Of a DNA stretch of 64,000 bases, positions 53,403-64,000 are shown piece after piece. The notes under the pieces were generated by a model, which did no database searches, was not told the DNA's origin, and worked only from the letters and a program-made list of their open reading frames with translations. The stretch's first letter is position 1; each line of letters begins with the position of its first letter. Location of the stretch: the NCBI RefSeq assembly GCF_018350175.1, contig NC_058368.1, positions 32,366,001-32,430,000 on the forward strand, in the 5' to 3' direction. The position numbers were made by a program, and so were the translations under genes. The stretch is from Felis catus (taxonomy: Eukaryota).

Positions 53403-54453
53403 GGGCAGAGATTTCTGTTTCCTGAACTCTTGGTATAACTCTAGTTGATCTCTATTGTCGAACAATTATAGTCATTTTCTATGTATATGTACTGTGTCAG
53501 CATCATCCAGTTCATCCACAGTCTTGGTAGAAGACAATTTATTCACTTTAAGATACATAAGTAGAAACAATTTTTCTGAAGTAAATGTGTAAGAAGAAGT
53601 CTTCAGGGCACATCAGCTAGTGAGGGACAAATACATTACATTTAAATTGGTACCAGAATTGTGTATTTGGCACAGATGTTCTACAGTGAAAACCATGTCA
53701 CTACTGTACTTTAATATTCCATGTAAACCTGCATTTTAACACATCTGAAGAACCACAGTTCTTTTTCATTGTCAATGCCAAGCCACCATAACTCTTGTGT
53801 CCACTGACTGCTGAGCAGATAGTCTGATTGTTTCTTTATAATCCTATAATCTGCCTTCATCTCTTGTTACGGTACTCTCTCAAAAGCAGGATTTGATACA
53901 GTTTTTCTAAATGAAAGCTGGGTCTATTTGTGAGTAAACAGATTGTGTAGTACCATTAGAAGGCTGCTGCTTATCAGATTTAACCAATTCTATTACCTGA
54001 GTATGTCAAATTATGCAACAAATCCCCTATGGTACTATGAATGAGACTACCCAGTGAGTTGTACAGTACCAGCCTACATCATTATTAGTTTCCCAATTAC
54101 TTCTCCCCCCATTCAACTGTGCATTGACTTACTTTTGTATTCCACTGTTTTGTTATGGCTTTAGTAAACTTTTTCGCTGAGAATCTGCTAGTTCTCTAGG
54201 TAGGTGTTCAGAATGGCTTCTGCAAATATCTCAGTGCCCTATTCATCAGTTTTCTCACCTCATCAGAGGCAAATACACAGTATTTAATGACATGATCATT
54301 ATTAGAAAAACATATGTTTTAAAAAGTGAATATGATAAGAAAGCAATCACTAGGGAAATAAATGGATTTACAGATCAACAGATAGTGTTGACAAATGAGT
54401 AATAGGTCTGAAATGATAATGTAATTTTACTACATTTAAAAATATGAAATCTT

Positions 54454-54658
54454 GGGGCCACTCAGTAGCTCAGTTGGTTAAACATCTAATTCTGGACTCT
54501 GGTTAAGGTCATGATCTCACAGGTCGTGAGATCCAGCCGCATCGGGCTCTGCACTGACAGTTTGGAGCCTGCTTGGGATTCTCTCTCACCCTTTCTCTCT
54601 GCCCCTCCCCCACTTGCATGTTCACTCACCATCTCTCTCAAAATAAATAAACTTAAGG
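54454..54658 (+). mobile_element. Can-SINE
   Basis: Decayed head, 'ggtcatgatctcac', (CT)n tract and AATAAA tail. Confidence 0.92.
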
Positions 54659-55626
54659 AAAACACAAATTCTTGTTAAGCAAATAGAATATTCCCTTTCA
54701 CCGCTTCATGTCGTACGTAGATTCACATATCCACATTCAAAATATTGCTGTGATCATTAGGCTGTTCTTATTTTTAATTTACTTAGTTTCTATTTGCAGC
54801 CTTGCACAAAATAATTTCATAATGTGATTTGGCATTCTTTGATCTTTGTTCCACAAAGCATTTCTGCCCAGTGAAGTAGATCATGATGTGCATGTTACGG
54901 TTGCATTCTTTGACTTCAAATACATGAAGTTACTTCTCCCATAATCAAGGCACTATTGAAGTTTCCTTTGAGTTTGCTCTTGCACGTGTTTTCCGTCCAG
55001 CTAGAACTCTTATCAGTGAGCTCTGAGGCAGGAGATTCTGCCTGTCAGCTTGCCAGTTACCAAAATGCATACTTCAGACTTAAGCTGGAGAGACACTGCC
55101 TCTGAGCTCTTCTTTTTTCAAACAACACATAAACTAGGCGGCACAGTTACCCTTTATTATGCACTATGCTATGAAATGACATGGATATAGGTGATCTATG
55201 AGTATCTATGAGGAAAAACACATAACTTACCATTTAAATTTCACTTTGCTTAGTAGTTCAAATACATACGTTTTATAAATTAAAAAAAACTACATAGCAT
55301 CACTCATACGGTGATCTAAGGCTGGAGCAGTTTTATCTTTCTGTGAGTTTAATTACGTAAGTATTATTTTCTCTTAAATGCAAATACATCTTTTAGATAA
55401 ATATACATCATAAGGATTGGGAAATTAGGTGCCATTAAAAACATACTAATAAAAGGAATGAGACACCATTCCCAGTTTGTTTTGTATTATTGAAATGTAA
55501 CACCCATCGCTATAAAACTGGAAATGACAATTTATATGTTATTCTTTGTAGTACAAGCTATGGGATGATACCAGAGGTACACATTGCAATCTCATGTGAG
55601 GATAAGTCTATTTAAGAAGAGCAGTC

Positions 55627-55828
55627 AGGGCAGTTAGGTCGCTCAGTTGATGAAGCGTCTGACTTCAGCTCAGGTCATGATCTCACCATTTGTGAGTTCG
55701 AGACCCACATCAGGCTCTGTGCTGACAGCTCAGTGCCTGGAGCCTGCTTCGGATTCTGTCTCTCTCTCTCTTTCTCCCCCACTTGTGCTTTCACTCTCTC
55801 AAAAGCAAATAAATAAACATTAAAAGAA
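55627..55828 (+). mobile_element. Can-SINE
   Basis: 'gacttcagctcaggtcatgatctcac...gctctgtgctgacagctcag...aataaataaacatt'. Confidence 0.93.
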
Positions 55829-56229
55829 ATTATAACAAAGATTTTTCAATATAGCTTTCATTTATAGGTATTTTGCCTATACACCTTTTAACCCCTACAT
55901 TTTGCAGAGTTAAAGAAATTCATTTTGTGGCTTTTTATAACTTTTTATGCACTCTTTCATCCTTCCATCATGTTCAGAGTCAGAAGAAATAAATCTAGAA
56001 ACCTATAAAACCCTGATGTAAGAGACCCTAAGTAGAATATGTACTACCTGCATTTATTGACGTATATAATAGAAAGTTATTTTAAAAATATGTGTATCTT
56101 CCCACACCAGTGTGGATAATTCCTTAAGTACTACAAACTTTATAGAGAAAGGGGAAAAATCCTTATCAGAGTTTAAAAATTGGATCCTATCAGTATTTCC
56201 TAATTCTAGTAAACTCTCACATGGTAGTA

Positions 56230-58300
56230 AACATGAATTTAAGTTTCCTCCATGCCTTTTCATGGCTTGATAGCTCATTTCTTTTTAGTGCTGAATGATA
56301 TTCCATTGTGGACGTACCACAGTTTATCTGTTCACCTATTTAAGAACATCTTTGCTACTTCCAAGTTCAGGCAATTTTTAATAAAGCTGCCCTAAATATC
56401 CATGTGCAAGTTTTTGTATGGACGTAAATTTTTACAATCTTTGGTTAAATGCCAAAGAGCACGTTTGCTGAATCATATGGTAAGAGTATGTTTAGGTTTG
56501 TAAGAAACCACCAACTATTTTCCAAAATGGCTGTACCATTTTGCATTCTCTCCAGCAATGAATGAGATTTCCTGTTTCCTCACATCTTTGCCAGCATTTG
56601 TGTAGTCAATGTTTCAAATTTGGGGCATTCTAATAGATATCTAATAATATCACATTGTTGTCTTAATTTGCCTTTCCAGGATGACACATGGTGTGGAGTG
56701 TCTTTTCATATGCTTATTTGCTAGCTGCATATCTTCTCTGGTGAGGTGCCTTTTAAGGTCCCTTGCCCATTTTTTAATCAGGTTGTTTTCTTACTGTGAA
56801 TTTTTAGAGTTCTTATATATTTTGGATAATAGTCTTTTATCAGGTGTGTCTGTTACAAATATTCTCTGCTAATCTGAGGCTTTTCTTCTAATTCTCCTGA
56901 CATGATCTTTCACAAAGAAGTGTTTAATTTTAATTAAGTTTATCTTATCAATTATTTCTTACATGTAACATGCCTTCTGTGTCATATCTAAAAGTCATTA
57001 CCATACTCAATTATCTAGATATTCTCCTATATGTCCTCTAAGAGATTTATAATTTTGTGTTTCGTATTTAAGTATGTGATCTATTCTGAGTTAATTTTTG
57101 TGAAGTGTGTAGGCATGTCTACATTCTTTTTTTACATATGGGTTTCTCGTTGTTCTAACACCATTTGTTGGCAAGACTATCTTTGCTCTACTCCATTGCC
57201 TTTACTCCTTTTCAAATATCAGTTGGCTGTATTCATGTGGTTTTGCTTCTGGGTTGTTTGTTCTGTTTCATTGATCTAGTTATCTCTTCTTTTACCAATC
57301 TGCACTATCTTGATTACTATAGTTTTATATTAAATCTTGAAGTTGGGTAGCATCAGTTCTTCAACTTTGATCTACTTTGATTCCATGTTGGGTTATTCTG
57401 GGTCTTTGGTCTCTCAATATCCACACTGTAACTTTTTGGTATTTTGATTGGCATTTCATTGAATCTGTAGATCAGATTGTGAAGAACTGACATCTTGATA
57501 ATATTGAGTCTTCCTTTTAATGAACATGGAATATCTCCCTATTTTTTTTAGCTCTTCTTTGATTTCATTCATTGGAGTTTTCTAGTTTTCTTCATGTAGA
57601 TCTTCTACATATTTTGTTAGATTTATAACAAAGTATTTCATTTGGGGGATGATAATGTAAATAGGATTGTGTTTTTAAATTCAAATTCCATTTGTTCATT
57701 ACTGATATATATGAAAAAGATTGCCTTTGCACATTAACCTTGTATTCTGCACCTTGTTATAATTGTTTATTTGTTCCAGTAAAAAATTTTTTTCTGAAAT
57801 TTTTCAGTGTTTTACATAGGCAATCATATCATCTGTAAATGAAGACAGTTTTATATCTTCCTTCCCAATACATATACTTTTTCTTTCCTTTTCTTGCTTT
57901 ACTGCATTAGCTAGAACTTCTACTACATGTTGAAAAGAAGTGGTGAGAGGTGACATCTTTGCTTTGTAACTGATCTCAGTGGGAAAGCTTCATATTTCTT
58001 ATCATTAAGTATGATATTATTTGTAAATTTTTTGTAGATATTCTTTATCAAGTTGAGGAACTGCCCCTTTCTTCCTAGTTTATCAAAAATTTTGATACTG
58101 AAATGGTGTTGTATTTTGTCAAATGCTTTCTCTGTATCTACTGATATGATCATGTGATTTTTCTATTTCAGTCTGCTGATGTGAGGATTATTTTAATAAT
58201 TTTCATATGTTGAACCAGTCTTACATACCTTGGAGAAATCCCACTTGGTCATGATGTATAATTCTTTTTTGTTTATTTTTGGTTTCAGTTTGTTAATATT
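56230..58300 (-). mobile_element. Old L1 (L1MC-like) ORF2 3' half
   Basis: ORF 57923-58153 reads [16 protein letters not shown]...GQFLNLIK...[17 protein letters not shown] (RT region); the 3' part resembles the element at 12521-13080. Confidence 0.9.
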
Positions 58301-58438
58301 TTTTTTTTTTAGGATTATACCCTCACTTCTTGAGTGTATGTCTAAGAAAACCTACTGGAAACATTATATCATTCACTGAACTTTGCTAATTGAGGATACT
58401 TCTAAATAGTAAATTATCTTCTTAAAAAATCTATTGAT

Positions 58439-58650
58439 GGGTCGCCTGGGTGGCTCAGGTGGTTAAGCGTCCAACTTCAGCTCAGATCAGGATCTCAAGG
58501 TTCGTGCGTTCAAGCTTCACGTCAGACTCTGTGATGACTGCTCAGAGCCTGGAGCCTGCTTCTGACTTTGTGTCTCCCTTTCTCTCTTCCCCTTCTCCAC
58601 TCTTGCTCATGTTTCTCTCTCTCTCAAAAATAAACATTAAAAAATTAATT
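58439..58650 (+). mobile_element. Can-SINE
   Basis: Perfect TSD aaaaaatctattgat at 58424-58438 and 58651-58665. Confidence 0.96.
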
Positions 58651-58693
58651 AAAAAATCTATTGATATTAAAGAATTTAAAAATATTATTTGAG

Positions 58694-60395
58694 CTTTTTT
58701 GCAACAGGCTTGCTGCCACAACACAGGTGTTATGAAAACCTCTGCTAAACCTAAACCATAATGGGAAAGGAAAAGACTTATATGAATATCGTCATCATTG
58801 GACACATAGATTCAGGCAACTCTTCCACTACTGGTTATCTAATCTACAAATGTGGTGGGACTGACAAAAACATTATCAAAAAAATTGAGAAGGAGGTTAC
58901 ATTGTGAACATGATGTCACCATTTATATCTCCCTGTGGAAATTCAAGACCAGTAAGTATTATGTGACCATCACTGATGCCCCAGGACACAGAGACTTTAT
59001 CAAAAATATGATTACAGGCACATCTCAGGCTGACTGTACCATCCTGATTGTTGCTGCTGGTGTTGGTGAATTTGAAGCAGGCTCTCCAATAAAGGGCAGA
59101 CCCATGGGCATGCCCTTCTGGCTTACACGCTGGGTGTAAAACAACTTATTGTTGGTGTTAACAAAACGGATTCCACTGAGCCGCCCTACAGCTGGAAGAG
59201 ATATGAGGAAATTGTTAAGGAAGTAGCACCTACAACTAGAAAATTGGCTACAACCCTGACACAGTTGCATTTGTGCCATTCTCTGGTTGCAATGGTGACA
59301 ACATGCTGGAGCCAAGTGCAAACACACCTTGGTTCAAGGGATGGAAAGTTAACTGTGAAGACTGCAATGCCAATGGAACCACACTGCTTGAACCTGGATT
59401 GCATTCTGCCACCAACTCATCCATCTGACAAGCCCTTGTGTCTGCTCCTCCAGGATGCCTACAAAATTGGTGGTATTGGTACTCTCCCTGTGGGCCTTTT
59501 GGAGACTGGCCTTCTTAAACCTGGCATGGTGGTCACCTTTCCACCAGTCAGTGTTACAACTGAAGTAAAGTCTGTTGAAATGTACCATGAAGCTTTGAGT
59601 GAGCCTTTTCCTGGGGGGGACAATGTTGGCTTCAATGTCAAGAACGTATCTGTCAAAGATGTTTGCCAAGGTGATGTGGCTGGTGACAGCAAAAATGACC
59701 CACCAATGGATGCAGCTGGCTTCATGACTCAGGTGATTATACTGAACCATCCAGGCCAAATCAGTGCTGGATATGCACCTGTGCTGGTTGGTCACACAGC
59801 TCACATTGCCTGCAGATTCACTGAGAGAAAGGAGAAGACTGTCATTCTGGCAAAATGCTGGAAGATGGCCCCAAGTTCTTGAAATCTGGTGATTCTGCCA
59901 TCATTGATATGGTTCCTGACAAGCCTATGTGTGTTGAGAGCTTCTCTGACTATCCTCCTTCAGGCTGTTTTGCTGTTCATGGCATGAGACAGAAGATTGG
60001 TGTGGGTGTCATCAAAGCAGTGGACAAGAAGGTAGCGGAGCTGGTAGGGACACCAAGTCCTTCCAGAAAGCTCAGAAGGCTAAATGAACATCACTCCCAG
60101 GACCTGCCACCCCAGTCTTAATCAGTGGTAGAGGAAAGGTCTCACAACTGTTTGTGTCAATTGGACCTTTCAGTTTAATAGTGAAAGACCGATTGATGAT
60201 AACAATTCATTGTAAAGCCTCCAGAAGAAAGGAGAATGTTTTATGGACCATTTGTGCATGTGTGTGTGTGTGTGTGTGTGCAGTTTTAAGTTATTAGTTT
60301 TTAAAATCAGTACTTTTTAATGGAAACAACTTGACCAAAAATCTATCACAGAATTTTTAGACCCATTAAAATAAAAATTTAATGAGAAAATATAA
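58694..60395 (+). pseudogene. EEF1A1: Processed pseudogene of eukaryotic translation elongation factor 1 alpha 1
   Basis: Intronless. 5' TOP UTR 'ctttttttgcaacagg...acacaggtgt'; ATG at 58761 ([19 protein letters not shown]); [56 protein letters not shown]; stop TGA at 60085-60087. 3' UTR with ATTAAA (60365-60370); TSD taaaaatattatttga / taaaaatatcacttga; multiple frameshifts. Confidence 0.98.
60259..60280. repeat. (TG)n microsatellite in the pseudogene 3' UTR
   Basis: About 11 TG units. Confidence 0.9.
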
Positions 60396-60875
60396 TAAAA
60401 ATATCACTTGAAGGTAATTTTACATAGAAACACATGTAGTTAACAGTAGCAATGTGGGGGGGGGTCTTTTTTTTTTGTTTTTTCCTTTTTGAAAAACAAA
60501 AATAGATGATCAGAGATCCTAAGGCATGAACTTAAAAATGAAGGTTCCTGGTGTGTCAAGCAAAGTACTCTGTATCATTAACCTTAAATTTGGGATCTAT
60601 CCCAAATGGATCTTGAATAGACAAAAAGTCTTTTGTTTATTTCTTTTAAAATTTTTATCAAAATATTGTATGACAAATAAATATATTTTAGAAAACATTT
60701 GGTCAAAAAGGGCTCTTTCATTATTTAGAAAAGGGATGCTGGCTGTAGGACTAAGAAAACTCATAAAGCAGGTGAATCTATCTCATTTCCTCAATGGTCA
60801 ATCACAGTTCCCCAGATGCTAACTCTGAATTGTATTTGTCAACACATAGTAAGATTAAGGATGTTTGGCTTCTTT

Positions 60876-60933
60876 AAAAGACTGTAGAATTCCTGCCACA
60901 TAATGAAAAGATTGTAGAATTCCTGCCACATAA
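60876..60933. repeat. 28-bp tandem direct duplication
   Basis: aaaagactgtagaattcctgccacataa-tg-aaaagattgtagaattcctgccacataa (27/28 identical). Confidence 0.95.
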
Positions 60934-61186
60934 CAACTATACAATTTGTATTATTTTTCTTCTCTGTTTTCCATCTAGAAAACAAGACAAAAAATCACCT
61001 GCCCTAAATGCTGCATTTTCCTTCACAGAGTAAGTCCAGATACTTGTCAGGATGGTTATCATGCAAAAAAATACACAAGCTTAACATTTCTCAGGTCAAA
61101 ACACAGAGTAAGTGATAATACTAGGGGAAGATAATTAATTCTCTCTGTATTTTTTTATTTAAATGGAATAGGTAGCATCAAGTTTA

Positions 61187-61408
61187 TTTTTTTTTAATTT
61201 TTTTTCAACGTTTATTTATTTTTGGGACAGAGAGAGACAGAGCATGAACGGCGGAGGGGCAGAGAGAGAGGGAGACACAGAATCGGAAACAGGCTCCAGG
61301 CTCTGAGCCATCAGCCCAGAGCCCGACGCGGGGCTCGAACTCACGGACTGCAAGATCGTGACCTGGCTGAAGTCGGACGCTTAACCGACTGCGCCACCCA
61401 GGCGCCCC
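61187..61408 (-). mobile_element. Very young felid Can-SINE
   Basis: Most CpGs are intact; TSD gtagcatcaagttta (61172-61186) / gtagtatgaagttta (61410-61424). Confidence 0.97.
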
Positions 61409-62233
61409 AGTAGTATGAAGTTTAGTAACACTTATCTATATACACTTAATTTTGTTTTACTTAGTAAGCCATAATCTTAGAGGACAATAAAATTATAGTT
61501 TATCCTTTCTTAATTAATTTTGATAAAGAGAAGACATAAATGTGCAACTATCTTAAGGAAGAGATTTGTTTAAATGTTTCCTCCCATTATCAAGAGAAAT
61601 CTTAGTTAAGATAATGTAAAGATATTTAATTCAGATACAGTTTTTCAAATATACTCATAATGCATCTCTACCACTGACGCTAGCAATACTGAGAACAGAG
61701 TATGTCATCACAGGCTATTGTGTCTCCTCCTACAGATAGTAATAAAGATTATAAATCATATACAATGTTGCTATGCTATGCTATGAGGAAAGTAATTGGG
61801 AGTTCATGATTCACATTTCTGATGAATTTCAAATCAATGATATTGCCCAAAGTCCATTTTATGTGCTGATATGAACATATGTAATCCTGTTTCTGACAGA
61901 ATATTACATTAAATAATAAAACAAAATTACAAAGAACTTTGTCACATATGATTAGGGTCTCTGTTCTCACATAGTAATTCCTCAGTTCTTATTTTCTTCA
62001 GTCATTTTGTCTTTCAAAGCATATTGTAGAATTGTGCATTAAAATTTCATAGCAATTAATTCATCCCTATGGATGAATAATATATATTCATCACTTTGTA
62101 ATCATTACATGTGTTTTCTGGAACTGTGCATATACATGTAGACATACTTGAAATTCTGTATACTGTTACTAAATATTGATGTCTTACAAAGGTCATAATA
62201 TTTTATGTATAATCTAATGCTTAAAGAACTTAA

Positions 62234-62446
62234 GGAGGTGTCTGGGTGGCTCAGTCAGTTGAGTGTCCGACTTCAGCTCAGGTCATGATGTTAGGGTTCG
62301 TGGGTTCGAGCCCTGCGTCAGTCTCTGCTGAAAGCTCAGAGCCTGTAGCCTGCTTCAGGTTCTGTCTCAGGCTCTCTCTGCCCCTTCCCTGCATGTGCTG
62401 TCTCACTGTCTCTAAAATAAATAAACATTAAAAAAAATTTAAAAAA
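62234..62446 (+). mobile_element. Can-SINE
   Basis: Head 'ggtgtctgggtggctcag'; TSD aaagaacttaagga. Confidence 0.95.
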
Positions 62447-63073
62447 AAGAACTTAAGGATTTAAAGACAAGATATTTCCTTCATGTTTTATAGCCATGAT
62501 AGAAAAATATAGATACATTCATTGTTAATGTCAATGTGTACTAAGTATATTTATAAAACTATGTTTTCAAAATTGCTGGAAACACGTTAGTTTTTCAAAG
62601 TCTGATCACATTAATGATTGCAATACAATGCAATTTAAAAATATTTGATAAACTAACATGCCATAGAATTCTCTAAACTTAATCCGTTATACTTTTTGTT
62701 TTTAAAAAACAAGCAATTTATATTTTGTTCTTAAGTTGGAACAACTGGTATTTGTTACTTCTGTGAGACTTTTACTTCATTCCAGAAAATTGATATAATT
62801 AGGCAAATGTGATTTTTCTCTACATGTGTTGTTAGTGATGATAGTTCCAGGAAAGATTTCTTTCTATGAATATGGGCAGCTGAATGAATTTATTTTAAAC
62901 AGCTGGCAAGGCTGGTTGCAGCTAAAGTTTTCCATTATGTGACAAGGAAATGCCTCAATATTTTGTTCAAGATGGACCTTCCAACATGTTTTGCTAAAGG
63001 CAAATGTTAATTTTATTGTTCTCTCATACTCTAGAACCTTGAGAAAGAAACAGGTATAAATCATTATTCTAAA

Positions 63074-63257
63074 GCAATGAGTCCCTCACCAGCATCAGCT
63101 GTAACACCTATATCACTTAGGGAATTCCTAGAAATGTAATTTCTTAGGCCCACCTCATATGTACTGAGGTGGTAAAGTCTGAAACAAGACCCAGCAATCT
63201 GTGTTTTAACAAGTCCTCTGTGTCATTTTACTGCATTCTAGAGTTTGAGAACCACTG
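63074..63257. mobile_element. MER5A-like hAT MITE
   Basis: 'cccagcaatctgtgttttaacaagtcctc...agtttgagaaccactg' is the MER5A terminus. Confidence 0.8.
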
Positions 63258-63894
63258 TTCTAAAAAGATAGCATTCATGATACATTAGGTAAAATTAAAT
63301 TTGAGTACTTACATCTGGCAACACATTTAATAGAATATTCTGTATTCTATATGATTCTATTTTTTTTATTCCAGTGACATTTGAGAATGTTATATAGGAA
63401 AAATTATTAGAACTTAGTCCCCATTGGAGAGGAAAAATTCCCCAGTAATTATAATTGGGTAAGAGTTTCTGGAGTACCAAAACCAAAGATGTATAAGTAG
63501 ACCATTTTGTTCTTAATAAGCATGCCACAGCCCTTTGATTTTAGTAAATGAAAAGCAGTATAGCATAAGCATATGATATGAAAATTTCAAGCCTGACAGT
63601 TATTAAGCAGAAACTTAACAGATAAAAATATCATATAGATAATTATTTTCTATATTTAAGCATCCAGAACTATAATCTTGAACCAAATAATTATTTTCAC
63701 CTATCTTCACTGAAAGCACTCTATGTCACAATAAGGTTCAGTGTGATTTCTTGGATTGGAAAGGAAAATCACTTAAATTAAAATAAGCTTTAAGTAATAG
63801 AACATCCTAATTTTTTGTGACTCTTGGCCAGATTTGAACTTGCAAGTTACTTCATTCTTGAAAATACCTTCTTTACATATTTATTTTATAACTT

Positions 63895-64000
63895 AAAGCA
63901 TAGTCAATAATATTGTGCCACACTTATCATGATATTTTGTAATATATAATTAAATCACTATGTTATACACCTGAAACAAATTTAGTATTATAAATTCACT
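63895..64000 (+). mobile_element. L1MA/L1_Carn-type 3' UTR fragment
   Basis: 'tagtcaataatattgt...aatcactatgttatacacctgaaac'. Confidence 0.55.

Noticed and set aside
59244..59882. 212-aa open frame in the EEF1A1 retrocopy as a functional retrogene
   Set aside because: The N-terminus is out of frame, the GTPase domain is broken by a deletion and frameshifts, and there are many substitutions at conserved residues.
61025..61114. Two 'cacagagtaagt' copies resembling 5' splice sites
   Set aside because: No credible upstream acceptor plus reading frame; 12-mer repeats can arise by chance or local duplication.
667..62446. tRNA-like heads as tRNA genes, or dispersed repeats as a CRISPR-like array
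   Set aside because: All are Can-SINE heads followed by (CT)n and A tails with TSDs; there is no regular repeat-spacer array and the DNA is mammalian.

Overview
This window is AT-rich, repeat-dense mammalian DNA from a carnivore, very probably a felid, judged by Can-SINEs with the cat-type (CT)n-AATAAA tail and a cat-type L1. I found no intact host protein-coding exon or RNA gene. The main contents are: (i) a full-length but inactivated young L1 on the minus strand (24707-30596) with a perfect 15-bp TSD, nested in an older L1; (ii) an older 4.5-kb carnivore L1 (about 31763-36301) with a twin-priming 5' inversion, inserted into an MLT1 LTR; (iii) a full-length processed EEF1A1 pseudogene (58694-60395) with TSDs; and (iv) about 20 Can-SINEs, MaLR/ERV1/ERVL solo LTRs, hAT MITEs, L2/MIR relics and microsatellites. 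The most unusual observations concern retrotransposition mechanism. A 29-nt opposite-strand patch, apparently copied from the inverted arm, replaces native sequence inside the twin-primed L1. A SINE and an L1 3' end sit inside one TSD pair. There is also a candidate micro 3' transduction and an 'empty' 28-bp duplication at an L1 endonuclease site. I cannot support a novel multi-gene biological system here. Repeat subfamily names come from recalled consensus sequences, not from a database search, and the boundaries of old elements are approximate.
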